In this document: positions 30,148-40,642 of the stretch, piece after piece
How positions within the stretch are numbered: position 1 is the first letter of the stretch
Layout of the letters: every line of letters starts with the position of its first letter
From: Terriglobia bacterium
GTDB lineage: Bacteria > Acidobacteriota > Terriglobia > 20CM-2-55-15
Length of the DNA: 64,000 nt
Reading direction: 5' to 3'
NCBI GenBank assembly: GCA_965198225.1
Contig: CBDAOY010000009.1
Location: 832,001-896,000, forward strand
Program-made: the position numbers and the translations under genes
The notes under the pieces: generated by a model
The model's input: the letters and a program-made list of their open reading frames with translations, nothing else
Told to the model about the DNA's origin: nothing
The model's database searches: none

Positions 30148-32511
30148 CTATTCCCGTGTCTTCAGGACTCCCACCAGGTCTAGCCGGTCGAGTCGGCGTC
30201 TGACGACCAGGCTCGACACCGCCGCGGCCGCCACCACCCCGGCGACCGCCATGCCGAACGTGGCTGGTGCCACATACAGGGGAATCCGGTACAGCTCCGT
30301 GCTGCCGATCGTGGCTACGACGAAAGCGGCGAGTCCGTATCCCAGTGCCAGTCCCAGCGGGATCGCGACCGCGGTCAGGACTGCGAACTCACCTAACAGA
30401 ATGTAGGAAATCTCTCCTTTTGTGAAGCCCATTACCCGGAGGCTGGCCAGCTCCCAACTGCGTTCCGAAAGCGAAATCCGCGCCGCGTTGTAGATCACCC
30501 CGAAAGCGATGATGCTGGAGAAGATCTGGTTGAAGAAGATGATGATGGCCATGTTGGCTTCCACAGTGTCTTTGAAGCTCTGGATGGCGGCGTTCTTCAA
30601 AGCCACCCCGACGACCGCCGGTGTCAGCTTGAACCGGCTGTAGAGCTGATCGATCATGGAGGAGTCGACCTGCAGGAACGCACCCGAGAGCACCTGCCCC
30701 TCGCGCATCATCCGGTGCAGGGCGTCCAGATCCATGTAGGCCGAGGTTCCGAGGAACTCGTCGACCAGTTCCGAGACCACGACCTCGCGAACAGGGCGGG
30801 CGCCCTCGAGAACCTCCACCGTCAGCGTGTCGCCGACTTCCGCACCGAGGATTTCGCCCAGCGTCGAGGACAGAACGATTCCTTCCGGTGGCAGTTCCAC
30901 AACATTCAGGTCGGAATCGATGACACGGTTCAGGTTGACGCCCTGGGCCAGACCCGTAATGCCTGTCTGTCTCGACCGGTGACCGAAGCGTAGCCGTGCC
31001 GGTACGGCCCGCATCGGTTCGAAGTGCATCACACCGTCGAGGCTGGCGATCTCGTACAGCGCGCGCGGCGAAGCCGGTTCCACGAACGTGACGGTCAGGT
31101 CCTGTCGTTGTGCGACGTTGAACTGGACGTCCATGGCGACCTGCATGGCGTCCAGGAAGAACATCCCGACGATCATCATCGCGGCGCCGAATGCGATGCC
31201 GAGTGAGGACAGCGCCGCACGGAACGGCCGTCGCGAGAGGTTGCGGAAGATCATCCGGGTCGATGGCGATACCCAGCCGCCGGCGATTCGCTCGATCAGA
31301 CTGACCCGGTACTTCGCCGGCGCCTGCGGTCGCATCGCTTCGGCGGGAGGCAGCCGGACTGCCCTCCCCACGGCGCCGCGTGCCCCCAGCAAGGCTGCGG
31401 CGATGCTGACGAGCGTCGCGGTCGCGATGACGTTCGGCGAAATCCGAAACGCCAGCAGCGGAAAACGGAAGAATTCGTTGTAGAGCGTCACGAGCGAGGA
31501 AGCCAGCCACACGCCCGACGCCATCCCGAGCCCGATCCCTATAACGGCCACCAGCAGGGCGAACTTGTAGTAGTGCATCCCGACTTCGAAGTTGGAGTAG
31601 CCGAGTGCTTTCAATGCGGCGATTTGTTCCCGCTGGACCGCGATGATCCGGTTCAGGACGACGTTCAACAGGAATGCGGCGACGGCCAGGAAGATGATCG
31701 GGACGAGCGTTCCGAAACTCTGAAGCTGGGTGAACTCGTTTTCCAGGAACCAGTGGGAAAGCTGCAGCGACCGAGGCGTGGCGCCCAACCCTCCGTATCG
31801 CTCCAGCATCTGGTCCAGTCGCATGATGACATCTTCTTCGCTTCCGCCCGACATCAGTCGGATCGAGACATCGTTGAACGCGCCTTCCATGTCGTACGCT
31901 GCGGCCAGTTCACGCTCCTCCATCCAGAGGATGCCCCAGCGTTCGTCGTCCGGCATGATGTCACCGGGCCGGAACGTGTACACGAATTCGGGCGACAGCG
32001 CGATGCCGACGATCTCCAGATCGCGGCGACGTCCGTTGATTATGGCTCGGAGCGTGTCTCCCGGTTCGAACCCGTGGGCCAGGGCGAATCCCTCGCTGAC
32101 GAGAACCTCGCCCGACCGGGTCGGATCGATGTAGCGTCCGCGCCTGATGAACAAGTCGTTCAATATCGTCCGGCGGCGCGACGGTATCGAGACCAGTTTG
32201 CCGACGGCCGGTTCGGACATACCCTCGATGTCCAGCGTGGAGACTGCGCTGACCCGCAGTTCCACCCCCGCGACCCCCGGAATCTCGGCGATCCGACCCT
32301 CCAGGTACTGCGGAGCGCGTTTGAGCGACGCGAAGACGTCGGCGAACCGGTAGCGGTCGTAGTAGGTCTGCTGCGTGAGCCGGAGCGATTCGAAAGCGCC
32401 CAGGTACATGACATAGACCGTCACCGCTGCGGCGATCACCAGGCTGATCGCCAGCACCTGGCCTTTCATGCGCCAGAGGTCTCGGACGAGTTTGCGGTTG
32501 ATGGCTTCCAT
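30148..32511 (-). CDS. FtsX/MacB-like ABC permease
   Basis: duplicated MacB/FtsX architecture; REQIAALKALG and ELASLRVMG. Confidence 0.9.
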   Translation of the reverse strand: MEAINRKLVRDLWRMKGQVLAISLVIAAAVTVYVMYLGAFESLRLTQQTYYDRYRFADVFASLKRAPQYLEGRIAEIPGVAGVELRVSAVSTLDIEGMSEPAVGKLVSIPSRRRTILNDLFIRRGRYIDPTRSGEVLVSEGFALAHGFEPGDTLRAIINGRRRDLEIVGIALSPEFVYTFRPGDIMPDDERWGILWMEERELAAAYDMEGAFNDVSIRLMSGGSEEDVIMRLDQMLERYGGLGATPRSLQLSHWFLENEFTQLQSFGTLVPIIFLAVAAFLLNVVLNRIIAVQREQIAALKALGYSNFEVGMHYYKFALLVAVIGIGLGMASGVWLASSLVTLYNEFFRFPLLAFRISPNVIATATLVSIAAALLGARGAVGRAVRLPPAEAMRPQAPAKYRVSLIERIAGGWVSPSTRMIFRNLSRRPFRAALSSLGIAFGAAMMIVGMFFLDAMQVAMDVQFNVAQRQDLTVTFVEPASPRALYEIASLDGVMHFEPMRAVPARLRFGHRSRQTGITGLAQGVNLNRVIDSDLNVVELPPEGIVLSSTLGEILGAEVGDTLTVEVLEGARPVREVVVSELVDEFLGTSAYMDLDALHRMMREGQVLSGAFLQVDSSMIDQLYSRFKLTPAVVGVALKNAAIQSFKDTVEANMAIIIFFNQIFSSIIAFGVIYNAARISLSERSWELASLRVMGFTKGEISYILLGEFAVLTAVAIPLGLALGYGLAAFVVATIGSTELYRIPLYVAPATFGMAVAGVVAAAAVSSLVVRRRLDRLDLVGVLKTRE

Positions 32512-32518
32512 CAGTCCT

Positions 32519-32646
32519 GTAACAAGATGCTGAAAAAGCCTTCCATGGCTTTTGTCAGCACCGCCACTCGCGAGGCGCGACTCCCTCGTGGCTTACATTT
32601 TCAATGGCTTGTAGCCATTGAAAATGGGCCCATCCTGAGCCGCTAG
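32519..32646. mobile_element. truncated MITE related to 63328..63496
   Basis: aligns to the reverse complement of the 63.3-kb element (GATGCTGAAAAAGCC...TCAATGGCTT..AGCCAT.GAAAATGG). Confidence 0.7.
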
Positions 32647-32656
32647 TGGCCATTAC

Positions 32657-33406
32657 CTACCATTCCAGCTCGGACGGCCGGATCTTGTGCGCGTTCTCAC
32701 GCATCGATGCGATGTGTCCGTCCGACAACGCGATCACGCGGTCCGCCATCGCTGCGATCGATGCGTTGTGTGTGATCACCGCCGTCGTCGTGCCCAGTTC
32801 CCGGTTGACCTTCGCGATCGCCTCGAGGACGACGATGCCGGTCGTGATGTCCAGCGCTCCTGTCGGCTCGTCACACAGGAGGACGTCGGGACGTTTCGCG
32901 ATAGCACGGGCAATGGCGACTCGCTGTTGCTCGCCGCCCGAGAGTTGAGAAGGGAAGTGGTCGATGCGATCTCCGAGGTCGACCCGCTCGAGAGCTTCCT
33001 CGGGTGTCAGCGGATCATCCCCGATGTCGGTCACCAGCGCGACGTTTTCCCGTGCCGTGAGGCTCGGGATCAAGTTGTAGAACTGGAACACGAAACCGAC
33101 GTGACGGCGCCGGTACGAGGTGAGCTCGTGTTCCTCTGCCGCCGTTAGATCGCGACCGCGGTATATGACCGTCCCGGCGGTCGGTACATCCAGCCCGCCC
33201 AGGATGTTCAGCAGCGTCGACTTTCCGCTGCCCGACGGGCCGAGAAGCACGATGAACTCGGACTCGTAAAGCGATACGTCGATGCCGCGCAGCGCGTGAA
33301 CCTCGACATCCCCCATGGGGTAGACCTTCGTGATGCCGCGGGCTTCGAATACGACTTCAGCGGGTGTAGCTCGGTCTCGATCGGCTGTTTCCGGTTGGAC
33401 TCTCAT
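32657..33406 (-). CDS. ABC transporter ATP-binding protein (LolD/MacB-like)
   Basis: [17 protein letters not shown] and DEPTGALD. Confidence 0.95.
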   Translation of the reverse strand: MRVQPETADRDRATPAEVVFEARGITKVYPMGDVEVHALRGIDVSLYESEFIVLLGPSGSGKSTLLNILGGLDVPTAGTVIYRGRDLTAAEEHELTSYRRRHVGFVFQFYNLIPSLTARENVALVTDIGDDPLTPEEALERVDLGDRIDHFPSQLSGGEQQRVAIARAIAKRPDVLLCDEPTGALDITTGIVVLEAIAKVNRELGTTTAVITHNASIAAMADRVIALSDGHIASMRENAHKIRPSELEW

Positions 33407-33505
33407 CGGTGGCGCCCACTACTATCAGTTTAGCCTGGATTTCTCACAAGAAATCCAGGTTACCGCGTTTTCGCGTGCGCGAACTTGCGCAGAGTCAATC
33501 TATTG

Positions 33506-33574
33506 TGTAGGTGCGCTCTATGAGCGCACAGCAGTTGCTTTCGCGACCGTGTGCGGTCATATACCGCACCTACA
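33506..33574. repeat. inverted REP doublet (REPIN)
   Basis: TGTAGGTGCGCTCTATGAGCGCACA ... TGTGCGGTCATATACCGCACCTACA. Confidence 0.85.
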
Positions 33575-33656
33575 AGCTCTTGACAACTCTCGTGTTCTAG
33601 GGGGAGTAACGAGTGCTTGTGAGAAATGCGCATTAGTAAGCGGGGTCCCGGTCCAA

Positions 33657-33690
33657 CAAAAAACCCTCTCCTTCCGGAGAGGGTTTTTTG
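33657..33690 (-). terminator. intrinsic terminator (bidirectional type)
   Basis: CAAAAAACCCTCTCC-TTCC-GGAGAGGGTTTTTTG. Confidence 0.8.
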
Positions 33691-33737
33691 TGAATACCGT
33701 GAACCGGCCGCGCTCGCCGTTTTTTTCGACAGCCGTC

Positions 33738-34640
33738 CTACAAGAGCTCGGCCACGAACTTCTCCGCGACCTTGGGGTCGACCTTCAGCGGTCGGTGAGG
33801 CAGCGACGTTCCTTCGCCCAGTACGGGTTCTTCCTGGTCCAGCGCCGGCAGGTCGGTCCGCTGGAAAAACTTCCCGATCGGAATCTCGTCACCCCAGAGC
33901 AGGGACCGTGTCATCGCTTCAGACCAGTCCGATGAGTCGTAGCTCTCGTCGTCTTCCAGTTTCTTCACCCGCTCCCGGAACCAGGGATAGGTGTTGTCGT
34001 GGTTGTACGTCACGCAGGGACTGAAGACGTCGATGAACGCGAATCCCCTATGCTCGAACGCCTGCTGGATCAGATCGATCAAATGTTTCTGCTGTCCACT
34101 GAATCCCCGTGCGACGAAAGTGGCTCCGCACGCCAGCGCCAGGGCGATTGGGTTGACGGGCTCCTCGATGTTGCCGAAAGGCATACTCTTCGTCTTCATG
34201 CCGACTTGACTGGTCGGCGAGGTCTGACCCGTCGTCAGACCGTATATCTGGTTATCCATGACGATATAGACCAGGTCGACATTCCGCCTCATGGTATGGA
34301 CGAAATGGTTGCCTCCGATACCGAAACCGTCGCCGTCACCTCCCGTGACGACTACGTGCAGATCAGGATTCGACATCTTCACGCCCGTAGCGACGGCGAG
34401 GGCCCGACCGTGCAGGGTGTGCATTCCGTAGGTATCGACGTAGCCGGGCAGGTTCGAGGAGCAACCGATGCCGCTGATGGTCACAACGTCGTGAGGCTGG
34501 ATCTGTAGTTCGACAAGGGCTTTCTGCACGGAAGCCAAAACGCCGAAATCACCACATCCCGGACACCAGTCCGGATCGACAGGCCCCTTGAAATCCTTGA
34601 TCGTCAGTTGGCCTTCAGGCTGTTGAATCGTAGTCGACAA
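33738..34640 (-). CDS. 2-oxoacid:ferredoxin oxidoreductase beta subunit
   Basis: WCPGCG, SGIGCS, HGRA, GDGDG and YGLT.GQ.SPT. Confidence 0.95.
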   Translation of the reverse strand: MSTTIQQPEGQLTIKDFKGPVDPDWCPGCGDFGVLASVQKALVELQIQPHDVVTISGIGCSSNLPGYVDTYGMHTLHGRALAVATGVKMSNPDLHVVVTGGDGDGFGIGGNHFVHTMRRNVDLVYIVMDNQIYGLTTGQTSPTSQVGMKTKSMPFGNIEEPVNPIALALACGATFVARGFSGQQKHLIDLIQQAFEHRGFAFIDVFSPCVTYNHDNTYPWFRERVKKLEDDESYDSSDWSEAMTRSLLWGDEIPIGKFFQRTDLPALDQEEPVLGEGTSLPHRPLKVDPKVAEKFVAELL

Positions 34641-34650
34641 TTTCTCCTCC

Positions 34651-36423
34651 TCAAACGTTCATTTCGTGCATCGGTACCGACAGCGTAGTATTGCCGCCCA
34701 GTTGTTGTTTCACACTTTCGACGATATGGTGCGGCATGAAGGGCTCCCCATCGTACTTGCGGATGTGCCCGTCGGCGTCGTAGCCGGTTTCACTTCGCAG
34801 GTAGCGCGCGAACTGACCACTGTAGTTGTTCTCGACGATGATCGTGTGCTTCTCCGCCTTGAGGATCTCGACGATCGCGGCGCCGTGCAGGGGTACAAGC
34901 CATCGAATCTGAAGGTGGTTGGCCGAAACACCGTCCGCGTTCAGCATTTGTACTGCTTCCTCGATGACACCCAGCGTCGAGCCCCATCCGACCAGCGTCA
35001 CCTCCGCTCCCGGATTCCCCATCAATTCCGGCGCTGGAACCGCGGCTTCGATTCCCTCCACTTTCTTCTGCCGTTTTTCCATCATCGCCCGTCGTTTGCC
35101 GGGGTTCGTGAACTCGTCGCTGATCAGAACGCCGTCTTCGTCGTGTTCGTCGGTTGAAGCGGTATGGGTGTGGTGGGGCACCCCCGGAATGGCTCGGGGA
35201 GACACCCCGCTTTCGGTGATTTCGTACCGTTTGTAACCGTTGGCTCCGTTGCTGGAAGTGATGAGTTCTCCCCGATCGATTTCGACATCGAAGTCGAGAT
35301 CCTCAGGGTTCACACTGCCAGTTCCTTCCGACAGGAGAAGATCGCTCAGGACAATTCCGGGACACTGGAACCGATCGGTCAGGTTGAACAGCTCCGGCAG
35401 AACCTTGAAACAGTCGAGAATCTCGGTCGGAGCCACGATCGCCCGGGGGTAGTCGCCATGACCGGCCCCGAGCATCTGCCAGAGGTCGCCCTGCTCGGTT
35501 TTCGTCGGAACTCCGGTTGACGGTCCCGCGCGCTGCACGTCGATGACGACGACCGGTGTCTCCATCATCGCCGACATGCCGAGACCTTCCGTCATCAGGG
35601 CGAACCCTCCACCGGAAGTCGCGCACATCGCCCGGACTCCGGTATGAGCCGCACCGATTGCCATGTTGATGACACCGATCTCGTCTTCGACCTGGCGAAC
35701 CATGATTCCGGCCGCACGGGCGTGTCCCGCCATCCAGTGCAGGACCCCGGTCGCCGGGCTCATCGGATAGGCACAGTAGAATTTGACGCCGGCCGCGGCG
35801 CCACCCATTCCCAATGCCATGTTCCCTGTCAGCATGGCCTTCGGCTCGTCGGTCATCGGCAGGGGATCGTCAAAGGCCTTGAAGTTTGCGGTTGCGTGGT
35901 CGTAGCCCGCCTTTGCGACCTTCACGTTCTCGTCGACGACAGCCTGGCCCTTGCGTTTGAATTGAGCCGTGAGGACCTCTTCGAGCGGTTTGAAACCAAC
36001 ACCCATCATGCTCAGCGCCGCGCCGAGCGCAAGCGTGTTCTGGGCGACCTTGTTTCGGGTGATGTCGGCCAACTCCCCGACCGGCAAGGCGCAGAGTTGC
36101 ACGCCGTCGGCCGCTCCGTCCGCCTGGATCGAATCCCCGTTGTAGATGACGGCTGTGCCCGGGCCCATCTGCTCGAGATGGCGATTCATCGTGTCCTGGT
36201 TGAGAGGGATCAGCAGATCGAGCTTGTCGCCCATGTTCGTCACGGGATCGACACCCGTCCGTACGGTCAGCAACGTGTGACCACCCCGGATGATCGACTG
36301 ATAGGCGTTGTACGCATTCAGGTGCAGCCCTCGGCGGACGAAGATCCGTGCAAATATGTTTCCAGGGGTGGCAACACCCTGTCCTGCAGCCCCGCCGATC
36401 GCGACCGCGAAAGTCCGATTCAT
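34651..36423 (-). CDS. 2-oxoacid:ferredoxin oxidoreductase alpha subunit (gamma-alpha fusion)
   Basis: GGAAGQG, YPMSPA, QVEDEI, ATSGGG and QRAGPSTG.PT; RBS AGGAGG. Confidence 0.95.
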   Translation of the reverse strand: MNRTFAVAIGGAAGQGVATPGNIFARIFVRRGLHLNAYNAYQSIIRGGHTLLTVRTGVDPVTNMGDKLDLLIPLNQDTMNRHLEQMGPGTAVIYNGDSIQADGAADGVQLCALPVGELADITRNKVAQNTLALGAALSMMGVGFKPLEEVLTAQFKRKGQAVVDENVKVAKAGYDHATANFKAFDDPLPMTDEPKAMLTGNMALGMGGAAAGVKFYCAYPMSPATGVLHWMAGHARAAGIMVRQVEDEIGVINMAIGAAHTGVRAMCATSGGGFALMTEGLGMSAMMETPVVVIDVQRAGPSTGVPTKTEQGDLWQMLGAGHGDYPRAIVAPTEILDCFKVLPELFNLTDRFQCPGIVLSDLLLSEGTGSVNPEDLDFDVEIDRGELITSSNGANGYKRYEITESGVSPRAIPGVPHHTHTASTDEHDEDGVLISDEFTNPGKRRAMMEKRQKKVEGIEAAVPAPELMGNPGAEVTLVGWGSTLGVIEEAVQMLNADGVSANHLQIRWLVPLHGAAIVEILKAEKHTIIVENNYSGQFARYLRSETGYDADGHIRKYDGEPFMPHHIVESVKQQLGGNTTLSVPMHEMNV

Positions 36424-36760
36424 TCCCAACCTCCTGGCCGCTTTTCGCAGCGGCTCTTGGCCCATGACTTCAACGCGGGTTCCGACAAACCGATCAAGTA
36501 GAGTAGGCGCGCCTACAAAGCGTTCAACTGTGGTTCCACCGGCAGCGTCGGAGAGTGGTCGAAAAGGACGCGATGCGCGATTGCGACCAATCTCTTATTG
36601 AGTAAAGAGACTTAGTCTAGTCGCAGATGCCTGTTCCGAGCAAGGTTTTTCGCTGCCGCAGGGGGCCGAAGCCTTGTGTTTCCATAAGGTTGGCGTCAAG
36701 AGCACTCCTCGAGACACCAACACCGCCCGGCCTGACGAAAGCCGGGGCCGCCTCGCGGGA

Positions 36761-39178
36761 TCACAGCGCCAGCTTTCGGAGGCGTAGGGCATTCGAGATC
36801 ACAGAGACCGAACTGAACGTCATTGCGGCGCTGGCGATGATGGGACTCAGGAGGATTCCAAAGACGGGATAGAGAACCCCGGCGGCAATCGGCACGCCGA
36901 TCGAGTTGTACACAAACGCGAAGAACAGATTCTGGCGGATGTTTCGCATCGTACCGCGACTCAGCCGTCGCGCCCGAACGATACCTCTGAGGTCCCCCTT
37001 CACCAGTGTGATGCCAGCACTCTCGATTGCGACGTCCGTCCCGTCACCCATAGCGATCCCGACGTGGGCGGCAGCCAGCGCAGGTGCGTCGTTGATGCCG
37101 TCTCCGGCCATCGCAACGATCCGGCCCTCGCGTTGGAGGTCCTGGATCGTCCGGTGCTTCGCATCGGGCAGGACCTCCGCTCGAACGTCGTCGATTCCGA
37201 GCCGCCGCCCGACTGCTTCTGCCGTCGGGCGGCTGTCTCCGGTCAACATCACGATGTCGATGCCTTCGATGCGGAGCATCTGGATCGCTTCCGGCGTCGA
37301 GTCTTTGATGGGGTCGGATACGCCGATCAGACCGGCCGGCCGATCATCGACCCCAAGCAGGACCACCGTATCTCCTTCCCTCCGCATCCGTTCGGCCTCT
37401 TCGAGTAGCGGTAGTGGATCGATGTCGCGCTGTTGGAAGAGCCTCTGGTTACCGAGTACGATCTTGCGTCCGCCGACGGCTCCGATCACACCCTTGCCCG
37501 GGACTGCGCGAAATTTTTCCGCTGAGGTGAAAGCGACCCCCCGGTGATGCGCCCCGTCGACGATTGCGGCGGCGAGTGGGTGTTCGCTACCGGCCTCGAT
37601 CCCAGCCGCCGCCCGCAACACCTCCGACTCCGACCAGCCTGGAAGCGCGATCACCCTCGTCAAGCGAGGCTTGCCCTCCGTCAGGGTGCCTGTCTTGTCC
37701 ACCACCAGCGTATCCACCTTCTCGAGCACCTCCAGCATTTCGGCACTCTTGATCAGGACCCCAGCCGTCGCCCCGCGCCCGGTACCCACCATGATCGACA
37801 TCGGCGTGGCGAGCCCCAGGGCGCACGGACATGCGATGATCAACACCGCTATCGCGTTGAGCAGAGCGAACGCCATCCGCGGCTCCGGACCGATCGTCGC
37901 CCAGACGGCGAAGCTGGCCGCCGACACCATTACCACTGCGGGTACAAAATAGGACGCGACGGCGTCGGCCAGCCGCTGGATGGGTGCACGGCTGCGCTGG
38001 GCTTCGCTGACCATCCGTACGATCCTGGCCAGGACGGTCTCGCTTCCGACGTGTTCGGCGACCATGACGAGGGTACCCGTCCCGTTCACCGTGCCTCCGG
38101 TCACTCCCTCGCCCGCCGCCTTCTCCACGGGGAACGACTCGCCCGTGATCATCGACTCGTCGATCGAACTTGATCCTTCCTCCACTCGTCCGTCGACCGG
38201 GACTTTTTCTCCGGGACGAACTCGCAGCCGATCCCCCTCCCGGACCTCCGCAAGGGGGATGTCCTCCTCCAGCCCGCTCTCTGAAATCCGCCGCGCCTGG
38301 GCCGGGGCCAGGGAGAGCAGGGCCCGGATGGCGTTGCTGGTTCGGCTCCGGGCGCGGAGTTCCAGCACCTGTCCCAGGAGAACCAGTACGACGATTGCCG
38401 CCGCCGCCTCGAAATACACGGCGACGGCTCCCCCTGCGCCACGGAAGGAGTCGGGAAAGAGATCCGGCGCGACGGTAGCGGAGACGCTATACACGTAAGC
38501 CACACCTGTTCCGATCCCGATCAGGGTGAACATGTTCAGGTTGCGACTCACAACTGAGGTCCAGGCCCGCTCGAAGAACGGAAAGCCGCACCAGGCGACG
38601 ACGGGGGTCGCGAGCGCGAGCTGTATCCAGTTCAAAGTCCGCGCTCCCAGAACCTCCTCCAACAGGCCTCCGGGCATCATGTGCCCCATCGCGAGGGCCA
38701 GCAGCGGTATCGTGAAGACCAGCCCCACCCTGAAGCGGCGAGTCATCATTTCCAGTTCCGGATTGGCTTCCTCCGCGACGACGCTCGTCGGCTCAAGAGC
38801 CATTCCACACTTCGGACAGGTTCCGGCCTCGTCCCGCTCGACCTCGGGATGCATGGGGCACGTGTACACGGTGCGGAGGCGGCCCGGGTCTACTTCGAGC
38901 GGTTCGAGAGCCATGCCGCACTTCGGACATGCACCGGGACCCCGCTGCCGCACCTCGGGGTCCATCGGGCAAGTGTAGGTGTCGGATTGACCGACCGGCC
39001 GGGCCGGCTGGGACTCGTCCGTTTTGGTCACGAATCTCTCCGGATCAGTGCTGAACTTCTCGAGGCAATGATTGGCGCAGAAGTAGTAGGTCTGCCCGCG
39101 ATACTGGTGCCGTCCGGCGGCAGTTTCCTCGGCCACGGCCATTCCGCAGACAGGGTCTTTGTGGAGGGTCGAACTCAT
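36761..39178 (-). CDS. copA: Cu(I)-translocating P1B ATPase with YHS and two CPM-type metal-binding domains
   Basis: DPVCGM, YTCPM..E...CPKCGM twice, [19 protein letters not shown] and GDGIND. Confidence 0.93.
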   Translation of the reverse strand: MSSTLHKDPVCGMAVAEETAAGRHQYRGQTYYFCANHCLEKFSTDPERFVTKTDESQPARPVGQSDTYTCPMDPEVRQRGPGACPKCGMALEPLEVDPGRLRTVYTCPMHPEVERDEAGTCPKCGMALEPTSVVAEEANPELEMMTRRFRVGLVFTIPLLALAMGHMMPGGLLEEVLGARTLNWIQLALATPVVAWCGFPFFERAWTSVVSRNLNMFTLIGIGTGVAYVYSVSATVAPDLFPDSFRGAGGAVAVYFEAAAAIVVLVLLGQVLELRARSRTSNAIRALLSLAPAQARRISESGLEEDIPLAEVREGDRLRVRPGEKVPVDGRVEEGSSSIDESMITGESFPVEKAAGEGVTGGTVNGTGTLVMVAEHVGSETVLARIVRMVSEAQRSRAPIQRLADAVASYFVPAVVMVSAASFAVWATIGPEPRMAFALLNAIAVLIIACPCALGLATPMSIMVGTGRGATAGVLIKSAEMLEVLEKVDTLVVDKTGTLTEGKPRLTRVIALPGWSESEVLRAAAGIEAGSEHPLAAAIVDGAHHRGVAFTSAEKFRAVPGKGVIGAVGGRKIVLGNQRLFQQRDIDPLPLLEEAERMRREGDTVVLLGVDDRPAGLIGVSDPIKDSTPEAIQMLRIEGIDIVMLTGDSRPTAEAVGRRLGIDDVRAEVLPDAKHRTIQDLQREGRIVAMAGDGINDAPALAAAHVGIAMGDGTDVAIESAGITLVKGDLRGIVRARRLSRGTMRNIRQNLFFAFVYNSIGVPIAAGVLYPVFGILLSPIIASAAMTFSSVSVISNALRLRKLAL

Positions 39179-39261
39179 CACGGTCAGTGTACAACGTCGC
39201 GAAGAGCAAGGAGTGGTCGGTTAGTCCGTTGCCAGATGCGATCGTTTTTACGCGGAATGAC

Positions 39262-39442
39262 CCGCGAGAGAGCCATGTGAGGGGGACAGGGGCCTGGCCC
39301 TGTCCCCGGGTGTTGGCTATGCAGAAAAGTTGGGAAAAGGGTTGCTTCGCACCGCTCTGCCCGACAGTAGGAGTGTTCGGATTTTCTTGGTCAACACCAC
39401 CCCGGCGCTTCGCGCCACCCCTCCTCATCTGAGGAGGGGTGT
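39262..39442. repeat. adjacent copies of two palindromic repeat families
   Basis: 39262..39310 matches the 19181 family; 39387..39442 matches the 16178 family. Confidence 0.75.
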
Positions 39443-39605
39443 TTGGGTAGTGGCCAACCCAAGAGACGGACCGCTTCCCCAGAGCTCGCCACATTGTCCG
39501 GCCCGGCGAACTTGATTTGTCGAAATGGCAAATCGAGGGGCGAAAGGGACAATCCTGATATTCATCATGTAACTCATTCTATGTAGTTTATCTGGCCCAA
39601 GAAGC

Positions 39606-39620
39606 TGGCCTCCGAATTGC
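39606..39620 (+). promoter_or_regulatory. sigma54 -24/-12 promoter for the USP gene
   Basis: TGGCCTCCGAATTGC. Confidence 0.65.
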
Positions 39621-39666
39621 CATTCTCATAGCGGGAAGTTGAATCTCACTCAAGAGGGAGGTCACC

Positions 39667-40629
39667 ATGCTCAGAATCAGAAAAATTCTGGTCCCCGTTG
39701 ATTTCTCAGACCCCTCCAGGAAGGCGCTGAACTACGGGATCTCGCTGGCGGTGGAATTGGATGCCACCCTGCTGGTCGCACACATTGTGCAGTTATCGGT
39801 GCCGGTTGCGTACGCGGCCCCGATCGAGACCGATGAGATTCAGAGGAACCAGGTCGACGACACCAAGCAGAGACTCCGTGAGTGGATCCCGACCGACCTC
39901 CGGGAGATGCTCAAGTACCATTTGATTGTCCAGGGCGGAGTCATCGAGCGCGAGCTTCTTGGCATCGTGCAAAACGAGGGGGTGGACCTGGTGGTAATGG
40001 GAACCCATGGACGCCGTCGCTTCGAAAGATGGTTGTTGGGCTCTTCGACCGAGCACATCCTGCGCAAGATCCCGGTTCCGGTCCTCACCGTCTCGCATCT
40101 TGACGAGGAGCACGACATCGGGGATCCGCGTCCGATCCCGCTGCAAAAGCTGCTCTACGCCACCGACCTCTCCGAGAATTCAGGGGAAGCGATGAACCTG
40201 TCGCTGGAGTTGGCGAAGGAATTCTCCGCGGAGCTGATCGTCCTGCACGTCATGAGGAGTCTCCAGTGGGCTTACGGCACGGAGTACGTCCCGCTGGACA
40301 TCGAAAGCGACACGGTCAAGCTGCGCGAGAGTCTCTGGGAGCGGCTGGAAGCGTCGGTGCCTGAACCCTCCAGACACGATCCGAGGGTCCGAACCGAACT
40401 CCTCGAAGGTGTGCCGTACGAGACGATCCTCAGAGTCGCCGACGAAGAGAAGGCCGACATGATCGTCATGAACCTGCAGGGCAAGAGTGGCCTGGAGCGC
40501 GCTCTGCTCGGTTCCACCGCAGAAAGGGTGGTGCGCGGGGCGCACAAGCCGGTGCTTTCGGTTCCGGGCGAGACCATCAGCCGTGTGCAGGAACCGGCGC
40601 GGGCGGAGTCCGTCCGTAGCGCCAGGTAG
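39667..40629 (+). CDS. tandem-domain universal stress protein
   Basis: ILVPVDFS, VMGTHG...GSSTE, YATDLS and GSTAERVV. Confidence 0.93.
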   Translation: MLRIRKILVPVDFSDPSRKALNYGISLAVELDATLLVAHIVQLSVPVAYAAPIETDEIQRNQVDDTKQRLREWIPTDLREMLKYHLIVQGGVIERELLGIVQNEGVDLVVMGTHGRRRFERWLLGSSTEHILRKIPVPVLTVSHLDEEHDIGDPRPIPLQKLLYATDLSENSGEAMNLSLELAKEFSAELIVLHVMRSLQWAYGTEYVPLDIESDTVKLRESLWERLEASVPEPSRHDPRVRTELLEGVPYETILRVADEEKADMIVMNLQGKSGLERALLGSTAERVVRGAHKPVLSVPGETISRVQEPARAESVRSAR

Positions 40630-40642
40630 AAGCTTTAGGAGC

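Noticed and set aside
36424-36600. Riboswitch (for example TPP) in the oxidoreductase leader
   Set aside because: Hairpins are present, but I could not find the conserved TPP aptamer motifs; an Rfam scan would decide
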